The notes under the pieces are model-generated. The model worked only from the letters and a program-made list of their open reading frames with translations, was not told the DNA's origin and made no database searches. Position numbers and translations under genes: made by a program. This document shows positions 1-9,189 of a DNA stretch of 28,842 nt, in pieces (the stretch's first letter is position 1; every line of letters starts with the position of its first letter). Origin of the DNA: Candidatus Buchananbacteria bacterium (GTDB lineage Bacteria > Patescibacteriota > Patescibacteriia > 2-01-FULL-39-33); the NCBI GenBank assembly GCA_903907165.1, contig CAIVNC010000016.1:1-28842 (forward strand), read 5' to 3'.

Positions 1-1330
1 CTTCATCGACTGAAGCCTCAATTTGAGCTTGTTCGGTCATCTCAGCTGGAGTTGGTTCTTTCGTAACAATTTCTGCCTCAACAACTGGCGTCTCTCCGCC
101 GGCTGGCGGATTTACAACTTCAACCGGTTTCGCCACTTCAAATTTTTTGACCACTCCAGAGTCTACTAATTTTTCTTTGACCCTTTCTTTCATTCCCGCT
201 CCCCCACTCAGTGTTTCAAAACCATCATCACGTCGGCAAGAAATGTTTTGGCAAATCTCAACGGCCAGCATCTCCAGTGGCAATTGTTGGATTGGCGCAT
301 TCTTTATTTCCTGAGATTTTTCGAGTAATAGTTCAATTAAAGAAATTAATTTGGGATAATCAAATCTGACGGCCAAATCTTTGGCTGATTTTTCCGCTTC
401 CTCGTCTAACTCAATCCCAAACTCTGCCAAGTTGCCATTGATTTTTATCAGCATCACTTTGCGCAAAAATTCCAAAGCGCTGCCGGCAAAAATCTGAAGA
501 TCAACGCCATCTTCAATCAGTTTATTAATAACTTCAACTGCGGCCGTGGCATTACTGTCGGCCAAATAATTCAGAAATCCGGCCACCGATCGGAAATCAC
601 TGCGAGGCAAAACAATCTCAGCCTGAGCTTCGGAGATATCATTGCCAAGCGACAAAATCTTGCCAAGAAGACTCTCAGCATCGCGCAGACACCCTTCCGA
701 GTGAGCAATAATATTCTTGATCACCGAGTCCGGCAATTTCTTTTCTTCAGCTTTGACGATCATATTAAGTCGTCCCATCATCTCGGCACTGGAAACTTTT
801 TTCAGATCAAAACGCTGGCAACGAGAAATGATTGTCTGAGGAATTTTGTGAGTTTCCGTGGTACACAAAATAAAAATCGCATGAGCTGGCGGTTCTTCGA
901 GTGTCTTGAGCAAAGCATTAAACGCCGAATTAGAAAGCATGTGGACTTCATCGATAATGAAAACCTTGTACTTGCTACTGGTCGGTGTAAAGCGTGCATT
1001 CTCGATAATATTTTCGCGAACATTGTCCACACCAGTATTTGACGCCGCGTCTATCTCAATCACATCCACACTGCGATTATTCATGATATCGAGGCAAGAT
1101 GAGCATTTGTTGCAAGGCTCGCTCTCCCCCGCTTTGCGGTTTTCGCAGTTGACTGATTTGGCAAAAAGCCTGGCAGTCGTGGTTTTGCCTAGTCCTCGCG
1201 GTCCGCAAAAAAGATAAGCATGGCCAATTGTCCCTAGTTCCAATTCATGCTGAATGGTGATTTTGACATGGTTTTGGCCAATAACTTCAGAGAAAGACTG
1301 CGGTCGATATTTGCGATATAACGTGGACAT
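1..1330 (-). CDS. dnaX: DNA polymerase III subunit gamma/tau (partial; C-terminus runs off the window start)
   Basis: Hand translation of the minus strand from the ATG at 1328-1330 gives MSTLYRKYRPQSFSEVIGQNHV...GPRGLGKTT (Walker A)...CNKCSSC zinc module...IIDEVHML...ISRCQRF. It stays in frame to position 1. It is absent from the ORF track because it has no stop within the window. Confidence 0.9.
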   Translation of the reverse strand, partial: MSTLYRKYRPQSFSEVIGQNHVKITIQHELELGTIGHAYLFCGPRGLGKTTTARLFAKSVNCENRKAGESEPCNKCSSCLDIMNNRSVDVIEIDAASNTGVDNVRENIIENARFTPTSSKYKVFIIDEVHMLSNSAFNALLKTLEEPPAHAIFILCTTETHKIPQTIISRCQRFDLKKVSSAEMMGRLNMIVKAEEKKLPDSVIKNIIAHSEGCLRDAESLLGKILSLGNDISEAQAEIVLPRSDFRSVAGFLNYLADSNATAAVEVINKLIEDGVDLQIFAGSALEFLRKVMLIKINGNLAEFGIELDEEAEKSAKDLAVRFDYPKLISLIELLLEKSQEIKNAPIQQLPLEMLAVEICQNISCRRDDGFETLSGGAGMKERVKEKLVDSGVVKKFEVAKPVEVVNPPAGGETPVVEAEIVTKEPTPAEMTEQAQIEASVDE

Positions 1331-1375
1331 TTTAAGTGATAATTATTTTCCGCCGGCTGACGGATTAACACTGCC

Positions 1376-1404
1376 ATTTTACCAGAAAAACGAACGAGCG
1401 TCAA
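1376..1404 (-). promoter_or_regulatory. Sigma70-like promoter upstream of dnaX (TTGACG-17-TAAAAT with TGG extended -10)
   Basis: Minus-strand read: TTGACGctcgttcgtttttcTGGTAAAAT, with a 17-nt spacer. It lies about 45 nt upstream of the dnaX ATG, which has no Shine-Dalgarno sequence. Confidence 0.4.
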
Positions 1405-1410
1405 AATGAA

Positions 1411-1444
1411 TAAAAAAATCATCCATCGTTGCCGAAGGATGATG
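1411..1444 (-). terminator. Rho-independent terminator after the 111-aa gene
   Basis: Minus strand: CATCATCC-U-UCG-GCAA-CGA-U-GGAUGAU followed by UUUUUUUAUU. The stem is 7+3 bp with a GNRA tetraloop. Confidence 0.5.
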
Positions 1445-1475
1445 AAATTGTTTGAAAATTGCGGCTTAGACGGGG

Positions 1476-1810
1476 CTAGCCGACAATAATAATACCGCTT
1501 CGCTTGTTGACATTGTATCGTCCGTGATATTCCGGCCAAGTTCCATCCAGGTTTATGAAACCTTTAATCACGATAATACTTCTGTCCTGCGCAGTTTTTT
1601 TGATTGTTCCCTTGACTACGAAGCTGCGCTTAGCCATTGGGGGAAGGGTTTTCAGAGTGAACTCAACCCTTTTTCCCTTCAGGCTCGCCATCGCCATATC
1701 AAGAAAGTCTGGACCGACCAAGATCCGGTACATGATCGGTATGCCTTTGAGAACCATGTTCCTTAATCTCGGAACTTTGTCCTTTTTGAGGACTTTGCTC
1801 TTCTTTGACA
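1476..1810 (-). CDS. Hypothetical small protein (111 aa), monocistronic
   Basis: AGGAGG lies 7 nt before the ATG at 1808-1810 (MSKKSKVLKKDKVPRL...). It has its own terminator. The ORF-track 153-aa version extends upstream of this RBS. No family recognised. Confidence 0.55.
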
Positions 1811-1899
1811 TGATAGAATATCCTCCTTGTCGCCAATTTTCATGATCTAGCATCCGCAAAGGATCTGAATTTACCCTACAATAAATAGGCAAATGTGTC

Positions 1900-1927
1900 A
1901 ATAAAAAAATCCCGACTTTCATCAGGA
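1900..1927 (-). terminator. Terminator after the VirD4-like ATPase gene
   Basis: Minus strand: UCCUGA-ugaaag-UCGGGA (one G-U pair) followed by UUUUUUUAUU. The T-run overlaps a TTGACA -35-like hexamer for the next gene. Confidence 0.4.
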
Positions 1928-1940
1928 CATTTTTCATAGT

Positions 1941-4466
1941 TTAAAATCTAGGTACTTCCGCCATCGCCGGCTTACCCAGCTGTCCAATCTTGGAACGCTC
2001 CAAGATCTCTCGCACCACCACTTGATTATCTCTACCATATTTGAGCCTAGACAATTCCTTGAGAGGCTGAGTGATTTCTTTATTGGCCTTGGCAATCACC
2101 GAAGGATGATAAGCTTTCATATTAAATGTATCCGTTGCCGTATTGTCGATAAGCAGACGAACATAAGCATTGTACTTTTCTACATTCATCAAATCATACT
2201 CACCCACTGCCGGCGCCAACTGCTTGGCCATTACCTCGCTATCATCCACACCAATCCGATAACAAACAATACTGCCAACGTTGCCAAAAACCGCATCCTT
2301 AACTTTGGTATCCGTGCCATTAACCAGCTGAGCAATATACTGATGAGCCATGACTAGGTTCAATTTGTATTTTCTAGCCTCAGCTAAAATAATGGAAATG
2401 CTATCGGTAATGAAATTCTGGAATTCATCAATATATAAATAGAAATCACGTCGTTGATCTTCTGGCATATCGGCACGAGCCAAAGCCGCCATCTGAAGCT
2501 TGGAAACGGCAATGAGACCAAGCAAGCTACAATTTGCATCGCCAATCTTACCCTTGGACAAATTCATCAACAAAATCTTGCCGCTGTCCATTACCTCGCG
2601 GAAATTAACACCAGATCTGCCCTGACCGATAATATTGCGCATCAATTCGTTTTCAACGAAACGGCCAGTCTTAGAAATAACATAAGACAACATGTCCGCG
2701 CCATTACTGCCCTTTTGCGAGGCTGTGTATTCACGTTCCCAAAAATCTTTAACTAAAATATCTTTAACATGAGTCAATTTTTCTTTACGGAAAGCATCGT
2801 CGGTAAAAATACGAGCCAGTTCAACAAGCGTGCAAGGATTTTCCGGATCAGCCATGAGAGCCAAAAGCGCATTTCTCATGTAATGTTCAAACATAGGACC
2901 AGCCATGGAAGGATCGGGCAACAGTTTATAGAAAATATTAATCATCTCCTGCGCTGCCTGATCCATTTCATAAAGACCATTGGCATCGAGCATATTAAGT
3001 CCGATCGGACGGCCAAAATCTGACGGATCAAAAATAATCACATCGTCAGCGCGTTCCTTTGGAATATAAGGCAAAATATCTTCTATGAGATTACCATGAG
3101 GATCAATAACACAAACACCTTTACCGGCAATAATATCCTGAATGGCCATAGTCGACATGGTCGTGGATTTACCAGTACCAGTCATACCGATGATATACAT
3201 ATGACGGCGACGATCAGCTTCTTTGATGCGAACCTGAACCGTATTGCCACGATAAGTATTTTCTCCGAGAACAACTCCCTCGGCCGGCAAGTTAAGTGGT
3301 GGCGCCAAACGTCTAGCCATAAGCCAGCGGATATTTGGCACTTCAGTATTTGGAAATGGCAAATGCCACAAGGAAGCCATCTCTTCGGAATTTAAAACGC
3401 AATTATTATTTTCATCAAACAAGCGATAAATAAAATTATTGATCGTCTTGTTTTCATTATTCTTAATTACCGCTTTGAAACCATTGGCATACTGATAATT
3501 GGAATACTGAGAAAAAGCATTAGCTACATATTTTACCGTATCTTTGGCTTGATGTTCCGTCTCAGCAAAAGCCACCAAGCGAATATTAACATCCATGCCA
3601 GCCTTAGAAGCCTTTTCTTCAATTGATTTAACCATTTGTTCTTCAAGCGGCGACAAACGATAATCCTTACTTTTATCTTCAACTGGTTTACTACTACCGG
3701 GCATCCAAGAATTAAGACTACCAAGAGGACTTCCCTGACTAGCCATAGCCTTTTTATAACTATTACCCTGTTGCATCTTGGAAGCGATTTTTACGCCGTT
3801 TTTGCGCCACTCCTTGCGAGCCGAGCGCATCAGAAACTGAATCGAGACTGTAACGCCTTCTGGCAACTTCGACAAAGCACTAAGCACATTAATCATTGGA
3901 TCACTCTCCATGCTTTTGTAGGTCAAAATCGGAAACATCTTGTCTTTAAGCAATTTAATATAACCGCCGGACACGTAACCACGATCGCGGAAAATGTTAT
4001 AGTCCTCAATTTCTTCAATCTGACAATGAGGATACTGGGATAAAATCTGTTGTTTGATATAGTCCTCAAGATACACCGGAATTGCCATGTAAAAAGTGAT
4101 CAAATGATCAGCTCCAACCACAACCTCAAACGACCAAGTATCATAACGTCCAAAAAGCCAAGTCTTAAAACCACGATGAGCGCGCAAACCACCAAGACTA
4201 GAATAAAAATTTTCGATGCCAGAAATAATTTCTTTAATATTTTTCTTGCCATCCTCTTCTTTGATTGCCACTCGCTGAGGCACAGTCAACATAAAAATTT
4301 TCTTCTGAAAAATCCCTGGGTAAACTTTATGATTAGCAAAAACCTTGCGCAAGATCAATAAGACAACAAAAACAAAGACGGCCAGACCAAGCAAGATGCC
4401 GGCTAGCAAAAGATAAGTAACAATATCTGGAGTTAAAATTGTATTGGAATCGATAGTGAAACCCAT
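1941..4466 (-). CDS. Membrane-anchored P-loop ATPase of the VirD4/TraG/TraD (T4SS coupling protein) / FtsK-HerA superfamily, 841 aa, with an N-terminal extension of unknown function
   Basis: N-terminal hydrophobic segment (LLLAGILLGLAVFVFVVLLIL). Walker A reads RHMYIIGMTGTGKSTTM, followed by CVIDPHGNL. Walker B-like reads FYLYIDEFQNF. These resemble TrwB/VirD4 motifs. About 330 aa between the TM segment and the ATPase core have no recognisable match. Confidence 0.7.
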   Translation of the reverse strand: MGFTIDSNTILTPDIVTYLLLAGILLGLAVFVFVVLLILRKVFANHKVYPGIFQKKIFMLTVPQRVAIKEEDGKKNIKEIISGIENFYSSLGGLRAHRGFKTWLFGRYDTWSFEVVVGADHLITFYMAIPVYLEDYIKQQILSQYPHCQIEEIEDYNIFRDRGYVSGGYIKLLKDKMFPILTYKSMESDPMINVLSALSKLPEGVTVSIQFLMRSARKEWRKNGVKIASKMQQGNSYKKAMASQGSPLGSLNSWMPGSSKPVEDKSKDYRLSPLEEQMVKSIEEKASKAGMDVNIRLVAFAETEHQAKDTVKYVANAFSQYSNYQYANGFKAVIKNNENKTINNFIYRLFDENNNCVLNSEEMASLWHLPFPNTEVPNIRWLMARRLAPPLNLPAEGVVLGENTYRGNTVQVRIKEADRRRHMYIIGMTGTGKSTTMSTMAIQDIIAGKGVCVIDPHGNLIEDILPYIPKERADDVIIFDPSDFGRPIGLNMLDANGLYEMDQAAQEMINIFYKLLPDPSMAGPMFEHYMRNALLALMADPENPCTLVELARIFTDDAFRKEKLTHVKDILVKDFWEREYTASQKGSNGADMLSYVISKTGRFVENELMRNIIGQGRSGVNFREVMDSGKILLMNLSKGKIGDANCSLLGLIAVSKLQMAALARADMPEDQRRDFYLYIDEFQNFITDSISIILAEARKYKLNLVMAHQYIAQLVNGTDTKVKDAVFGNVGSIVCYRIGVDDSEVMAKQLAPAVGEYDLMNVEKYNAYVRLLIDNTATDTFNMKAYHPSVIAKANKEITQPLKELSRLKYGRDNQVVVREILERSKIGQLGKPAMAEVPRF

Positions 4467-4973
4467 TTATTTAACAATTCTTTGCCTGTCTTGAATTAAA
4501 CCCAAAACTTTATCTGTTTTAATCTTGGCAATTTGCTCTAGAAAAAACTTATTAATACCAACAATAAACTTTAACCAACCAACAATGAGCTCCAAAATCT
4601 TTCTGGCACTAACCCTCGGCTTGGCCAACTGCTCCAAAATCTTATTAGTCGTTTCCTCACCTTTTACCTTAAACTTGGCTTGATCGACAGCATTCATTTT
4701 GAAATAGTAATCGCCAAGATCTGCCTCTAGGATATCTTCAATCTTTCGATAATCATTATCCACCGGCAGGGCCGGAGCCAATGCCTTAGCTCGCGCGGAA
4801 TCAGCCGAAAAATAAACATCAGAGAGTGCTTCCTGAGCACTTTCTTTGTTTTCTACTTCTGGAGATTCGTGAGATTTTTCACCTCCCAATGATCTTTCGA
4901 TTTCCGACTGGGGTCGATATGATTCTGGAGAGCCAAAATCATTTTTCTTTTCAACTAATTTTTGATTTACCAT
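4467..4973 (-). CDS. Hypothetical protein (168 aa), translationally coupled to the downstream ATPase
   Basis: Its stop TAA directly abuts the ATG of the ATPase (taaATG). RBS GGAAGG lies before its own ATG. The N-terminal half is acidic and disorder-like; the C-terminal part is amphipathic. Confidence 0.55.
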   Translation of the reverse strand: MVNQKLVEKKNDFGSPESYRPQSEIERSLGGEKSHESPEVENKESAQEALSDVYFSADSARAKALAPALPVDNDYRKIEDILEADLGDYYFKMNAVDQAKFKVKGEETTNKILEQLAKPRVSARKILELIVGWLKFIVGINKFFLEQIAKIKTDKVLGLIQDRQRIVK

Positions 4974-5002
4974 CCTTCCACAATAAAGTTATTAACAACT
5001 AT

Positions 5003-5033
5003 ATTATACCACAAAACTATTTTGTGGTATAAT
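5003..5033. promoter_or_regulatory. Palindromic divergent promoter/operator: TATACCACAAAA-cta-TTTTGTGGTATA, with an extended -10 (TGgTATAAT) on each strand
   Basis: Perfect 12/12 inverted repeat at 5005-5016 and 5020-5031. The plus-strand TATAAT at 5028-5033 faces corA. The minus-strand TATAAT at 5003-5008 faces the 168-aa/ATPase operon. No -35 hexamers. Confidence 0.45.
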
Positions 5034-5053
5034 GTATTTATATCCACATACCT

Positions 5054-5998
5054 ATGGCCAACGAAAACATCAAAACCGTTCCCTCACCAAGCAACAAGTT
5101 TGCTTGGATTAATATTATTGATGCCGGCAAAAAAGAAATTGACTACTTGCGACGCAAATTCAAATTTAATACCTTGGATTTGGAAGATTGTTATGCTGAA
5201 CAATATGCCCAACGGCCAAAGTTCATCGTCAGGCAAAATTATTGCTTCTTAATTTTACAATTTCCAGTTTATAACCGCAAAGAAAAGTGTATTTATGCTG
5301 AAGAAATCGACTTTTTTATCACCAAGGATAATTTAATAACTGTTCACGGCAATCATTTACCACCGATTGTCGAGGTTTTTAATTCCTGCGAAAATGATGA
5401 CTTTCATCGTGGCCAATACATGGACGACGACATCGGCTATTTACTTTATGAAATCATTTCTCGCCTTCAGGAATACTGCTATCCCATTCTTGATCACGTC
5501 AGCCTGGATATCAAAAACATTGAAACAAATATTTTCAAGGATCGTGAAAAACAGATGATTGAAAATATCATGTTTATTAAAAAAAATATTTCTGACATCC
5601 GCAAAATTGTCGAAGCGCACAAAAACTCTTTACAAAAAATCCTTCATACCACTTCCCCATTTCTCAATCTCAAGCAAAATAAAAATTATTACAACCATCT
5701 AGTCGAAAACACTAAGGACATTTGGGATCTTCTTGGCGGACACAACGACCTCATCTCCTCTCTTGAGGATACCAACTCCACCCTCGTCTCGCTCAAGCTT
5801 AACAACATCATGAAAACCCTAACGGTTTTCTCGGTTATTATTCTACCACTAACTCTCCTTTCTGGCGTTTTTGGCATGAATACAGTTGACGGCATGCCAC
5901 TCGTCAACAATCCCAATGGCTTTTTTGTTATAGTTGGCTCAATGCTCACTATTGGCATGCTCATGTTTATTTACTTCAAAAGTCGTCGTTGGATTTAG
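5054..5998 (+). CDS. corA: CorA-family Mg2+/Co2+ transporter
   Basis: C-terminal two TM helices with the signature VFGMNTVDGMP (GMN motif). Length 314 aa. Confidence 0.85.
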   Translation: MANENIKTVPSPSNKFAWINIIDAGKKEIDYLRRKFKFNTLDLEDCYAEQYAQRPKFIVRQNYCFLILQFPVYNRKEKCIYAEEIDFFITKDNLITVHGNHLPPIVEVFNSCENDDFHRGQYMDDDIGYLLYEIISRLQEYCYPILDHVSLDIKNIETNIFKDREKQMIENIMFIKKNISDIRKIVEAHKNSLQKILHTTSPFLNLKQNKNYYNHLVENTKDIWDLLGGHNDLISSLEDTNSTLVSLKLNNIMKTLTVFSVIILPLTLLSGVFGMNTVDGMPLVNNPNGFFVIVGSMLTIGMLMFIYFKSRRWI

Positions 5999-6081
5999 AC
6001 TGTTTTTAGGCATTTTCCTAGTCCGATTAAGAGTTTTTACATAAAATCGTAGCAGTTCATTCTAATTTAAAAGGAAATAAT

Positions 6082-6630
6082 ATGTTTAAAATCATTCTCG
6101 AAGCGTTTTATCTGATTTTGCCGGCTTATTTTGCCAACATGGCACCGGTCATCTTTGCCAAACTTAAATGGCTGGAGTTTCTCAACAAGCCGATTGACGG
6201 AGGCAAAAAACTGAACAACGAGTTCATCCTGGGAACCAATAAAACCTGGCGCGGTTTAGTGTCAGGAATTATTTTTGCCATGATTATCGCCGGCATCCAG
6301 GCCTGGCTGTATGGATTTCAGAGTTTTTACAACATCTCATTGTTCAACTACCAAGAGTCGTATTTGCTTTTCGGTTTCTTGGCTGGCTTTGGCGCCATCT
6401 TCGGCGATGGCCTCAAAAGCTTTTTCAAGCGCCGCATTGGTATCGCTTCTGGAAAATCCTGGCCAGTACTTGATCAGATTGATTTCGTCTTTGGATTCTG
6501 GGCCTTCACCTATTTTATCGTTGAGCCATCTGGCTGGGTGACATTTGCCTTCTTCCTAATCACCCTTGTTCTTCACCCAACGATTAACGTGATCGCCTAT
6601 CTTCTGGGCATTAAAAAAGTTTGGTACTAA
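6082..6630 (+). CDS. CdsA/CarS-family CTP:phosphatidate-type cytidylyltransferase (short, CDP-archaeol-synthase-like DUF46 form)
   Basis: KTWRGLVSG and GDGLKSFFKRRIGI...LDQID motifs in a 182-aa polytopic membrane protein. It lacks the PGHGG segment of canonical CdsA. RBS AAAAGGAAA. Confidence 0.6.
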   Translation: MFKIILEAFYLILPAYFANMAPVIFAKLKWLEFLNKPIDGGKKLNNEFILGTNKTWRGLVSGIIFAMIIAGIQAWLYGFQSFYNISLFNYQESYLLFGFLAGFGAIFGDGLKSFFKRRIGIASGKSWPVLDQIDFVFGFWAFTYFIVEPSGWVTFAFFLITLVLHPTINVIAYLLGIKKVWY

Positions 6631-6642
6631 ATTTTCAAAAAC

Positions 6643-6675
6643 AAAACCGCAAGCGTGACTTGCGGTTTTTATATT
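6643..6675. terminator. Bidirectional rho-independent terminator
   Basis: AAAACCGCAAG-cgtga-CTTGCGGTTTTTATATTTTTT. It has A-run and T-run on both sides and serves the convergent CarS-like and dusB genes. Confidence 0.6.
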
Positions 6676-6677
6676 TT

Positions 6678-7640
6678 TTAGAACAATTCTTTCAAAGCCA
6701 ATTTAATATCACCCAAAGTCTCAACCCTCACCAACTTCGCTCGGAGCTGAGTGGCTCCGGCCCTGCCGGCAACATACCAACACAGATGTTTGCGGAGCTC
6801 AACTAGGCCATAATCGCCTTTGGATTTTAGCGCCCATTTGGCGTGATTTAAAATTAATTTCTTTAATTCCTTGTCACTGATCGACTCGTATTTTCCTGTC
6901 TTTAAATATTTTTTCATTTGACCAAACAACCACGGCTTACCATAAAGTCCGCGAGCTAAACCTAAGCCATCAACTCCGGCTTCTTTCATCATCTTTTTGC
7001 CGTCCTCTGGCGTTTTGATTCCGCCATTGCCAAGAACTGGGCCGGCCTTAAATTCTTTTTTCACCTTGGCAATCATGGCATAATCAATCTCAGCATTAAA
7101 TGGATCTTCATATGGCCGGCCGTGTACCATTACTGCGGAGATCGGCAAGTCTTTCATAAATCTAATAAAATCAATCGCGGTCACAATCTTATCACCTTTT
7201 TTAATAGAAGTTCGGAGCTTCACTGAGACCGGTAATTTTGTTCCAGCAAGCACGGCTCCAATAATCTCTTGGCACTTAGTCAAGTCACGCATCAAGGTTA
7301 CTCCCCCGCCATGACCGGCAACTTTCTTTGCCGGACAACCAAAATTAATATCAATGCCAGCAAAGCCAGCTTCTTCGCAAATCTTCGCCGCCTTGGTAAA
7401 CTTTTCTGGCGTTTTGCCAAACAACTGAACGACAACCGGCTGTTCAGCTTTGTCAAAATCAAGCAACTCCAAAGTTTTTTTGGAGTCATGATAAAGCCCA
7501 TCAGCCGAAACCATCTCAGTATAAACCACATCCGCCCCGCTTTCGCGACACACTCGACGGAAAGCAGAATCAGTAACGCCCGCCATTGGAGCGAGCGCTA
7601 GGATCGGCTTTTTTAATTTTTGCCAAAAGTTTTTCTTCAT
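6678..7640 (-). CDS. dusB: tRNA-dihydrouridine synthase
   Basis: LAPMAGVTD near the N-terminus, TIM-barrel Dus pattern, 320 aa. Its ATG overlaps the cysS stop by 1 nt. Confidence 0.9.
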   Translation of the reverse strand: MKKNFWQKLKKPILALAPMAGVTDSAFRRVCRESGADVVYTEMVSADGLYHDSKKTLELLDFDKAEQPVVVQLFGKTPEKFTKAAKICEEAGFAGIDINFGCPAKKVAGHGGGVTLMRDLTKCQEIIGAVLAGTKLPVSVKLRTSIKKGDKIVTAIDFIRFMKDLPISAVMVHGRPYEDPFNAEIDYAMIAKVKKEFKAGPVLGNGGIKTPEDGKKMMKEAGVDGLGLARGLYGKPWLFGQMKKYLKTGKYESISDKELKKLILNHAKWALKSKGDYGLVELRKHLCWYVAGRAGATQLRAKLVRVETLGDIKLALKELF

Positions 7641-9076
7641 TATTTCTTTTTCAAGATATACCCCCCTGGAGTATCCTCAATTTCAAAGCCGGAATCACTG
7701 ATAGCTTCACGAAGACAATCTGATTGATCCCATTTTTTATTTTGTCTAGCCTCTAATCTTTTTTCGGCCAAAACTTTGACCTCCTCTGGAATTTCAATTA
7801 TAGCAATGTCTTTCAAATTTAACCCAAGAACAGAATCAAAATCTAGAATCGTTGCCACCACATCCTCCTCAGTAAAAGACTCATCATTCATTTTTAACAT
7901 ATCAAACATTAGGGCTATAGCCTCAGGAAAATTAAAATCATTGCCTATCGCCTCTTCAAATTTTTCATCATAATCTGAAATTACCATACCCTCAACTTCT
8001 GAGGCTTTTTGTTTGCCTAAGCCGACTACCATCGTTCTAATAGAATCTCGTAAATTATTCAAAGCTGAGCGAGCACCATCCAGAGCCTCCCAAGTGAAAT
8101 TCTGCTTTGAGCGATAATGAGATTGCAAAAAGAAATAACGTAAAACCAAAGGATCGTAACCCTTTTCTTTAATTTCCGTAAGAGAAAAAGCTGTGCCCTG
8201 AGATTTGGACATCTTGCCACCATTAACCGTCAACCATTCATTATGCAACCAATAGTTAACAAATTTAACACCATTAGCCGCTTCGCTCTGGGCAATTTCA
8301 TTGGTGTGATGAACGGGCACATGCTCAATACCACCCATATGCAAATCGATAGTCTTACCCAGCAACTTCCTGGACATGGCCGAACATTCAATGTGCCAAC
8401 CAGGAAAACCAGCTTCGACTTTTTGGTCGATATTCTTGAAATGATGATTCCAAGTTTGGATCGCATTTTCATGAGTTCCAGCTTTAAAAAACCAAAGTGC
8501 AAAATCGATAGAACTTTTCTTTTGTGGATCGCCAACCTCACCCTTGCCAGCATCAGAAATATTCTTGCTCAAATCTTGTCCGGAAAGCTTGGTATAATCA
8601 GTTGCTTTAGAAACATCAAAATAAATCGCCAAGTCCGTAGCATAAGCGTAACCCTTGTCGATCAGCTCTTGCACCATCTCAGCCATAACTTTGATATAGT
8701 CAGTAGCTCGTGGCTTGAAGTCTGGTTCTAAGATATTTAGATCGTGACAATCACTTTCAAAAACTCGAATATAGTGATCGGCAATTTCTTTTGGAGTGCG
8801 ATTTTCGCGCTTGGCCGCTTTTTCCATCTTATCCTCGCCTTGATCATCATCGCTAGTCATATGACCGACATCAGTGTAGTTGCGAGCCATTTTGACATGA
8901 TAACCAAGATACGACAAAGAACGGCGAATCAGATCGGCCAAAACCATGGCTCTCAAATTACCGATATGCTGAGTCCAATAAACCGTCGCTCCGCACTGGT
9001 AAAAACTTACTTCATGCTCGTGAATTGGCTTAAATTGCTCTTTCTTTTTAGTTAAGGTGTTATAAATTTGTAACAT
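7640..9076 (-). CDS. cysS: Cysteine--tRNA ligase
   Basis: Class I aaRS with HIGN-type start region (WTQHIGNLRA) and KMSKSQG. 478 aa. Confidence 0.95.
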   Translation of the reverse strand: MLQIYNTLTKKKEQFKPIHEHEVSFYQCGATVYWTQHIGNLRAMVLADLIRRSLSYLGYHVKMARNYTDVGHMTSDDDQGEDKMEKAAKRENRTPKEIADHYIRVFESDCHDLNILEPDFKPRATDYIKVMAEMVQELIDKGYAYATDLAIYFDVSKATDYTKLSGQDLSKNISDAGKGEVGDPQKKSSIDFALWFFKAGTHENAIQTWNHHFKNIDQKVEAGFPGWHIECSAMSRKLLGKTIDLHMGGIEHVPVHHTNEIAQSEAANGVKFVNYWLHNEWLTVNGGKMSKSQGTAFSLTEIKEKGYDPLVLRYFFLQSHYRSKQNFTWEALDGARSALNNLRDSIRTMVVGLGKQKASEVEGMVISDYDEKFEEAIGNDFNFPEAIALMFDMLKMNDESFTEEDVVATILDFDSVLGLNLKDIAIIEIPEEVKVLAEKRLEARQNKKWDQSDCLREAISDSGFEIEDTPGGYILKKK

Positions 9077-9124
9077 ATATTTGGCTATTTCTTACCATTA
9101 CTTTACCTCTTTTTGAGTTTTTTT

Positions 9125-9157
9125 TCAAGTAAAAAGCCGGCTATGAAAAAGCCGGCT
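9125..9157 (-). terminator. Terminator after the small zinc-ribbon gene
   Basis: Minus strand: AGCCGGCU-UUUUCAU-AGCCGGCU followed by UUUUUACUUG. Each arm is itself palindromic. Confidence 0.45.
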
Positions 9158-9189
9158 GGATCAGAGCAAAGGACAGTAAGTGTTTCAAA

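Noticed and set aside
1331-1475. Looked for the SRP RNA (ffs) that commonly lies immediately upstream of dnaX
   Set aside because: The 145-bp spacer contains only a terminator hairpin and a promoter. There is no GGAA tetraloop or AGCAG domain-IV signature, and no 100-nt hairpin.
2022-4361. Several 60-135-aa plus-strand ORFs inside the ATPase gene
   Set aside because: All are fully embedded antisense to a long coherent 841-aa reading frame with conserved Walker motifs. None has an initiation signal.
9127-9160. Direct repeat AGCCGGCT-N7-AGCCGGCT considered as a transcription-factor site
   Set aside because: Each copy is self-complementary and is followed on the minus strand by a U-run directly after a stop codon. 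It is best explained as an intrinsic terminator.
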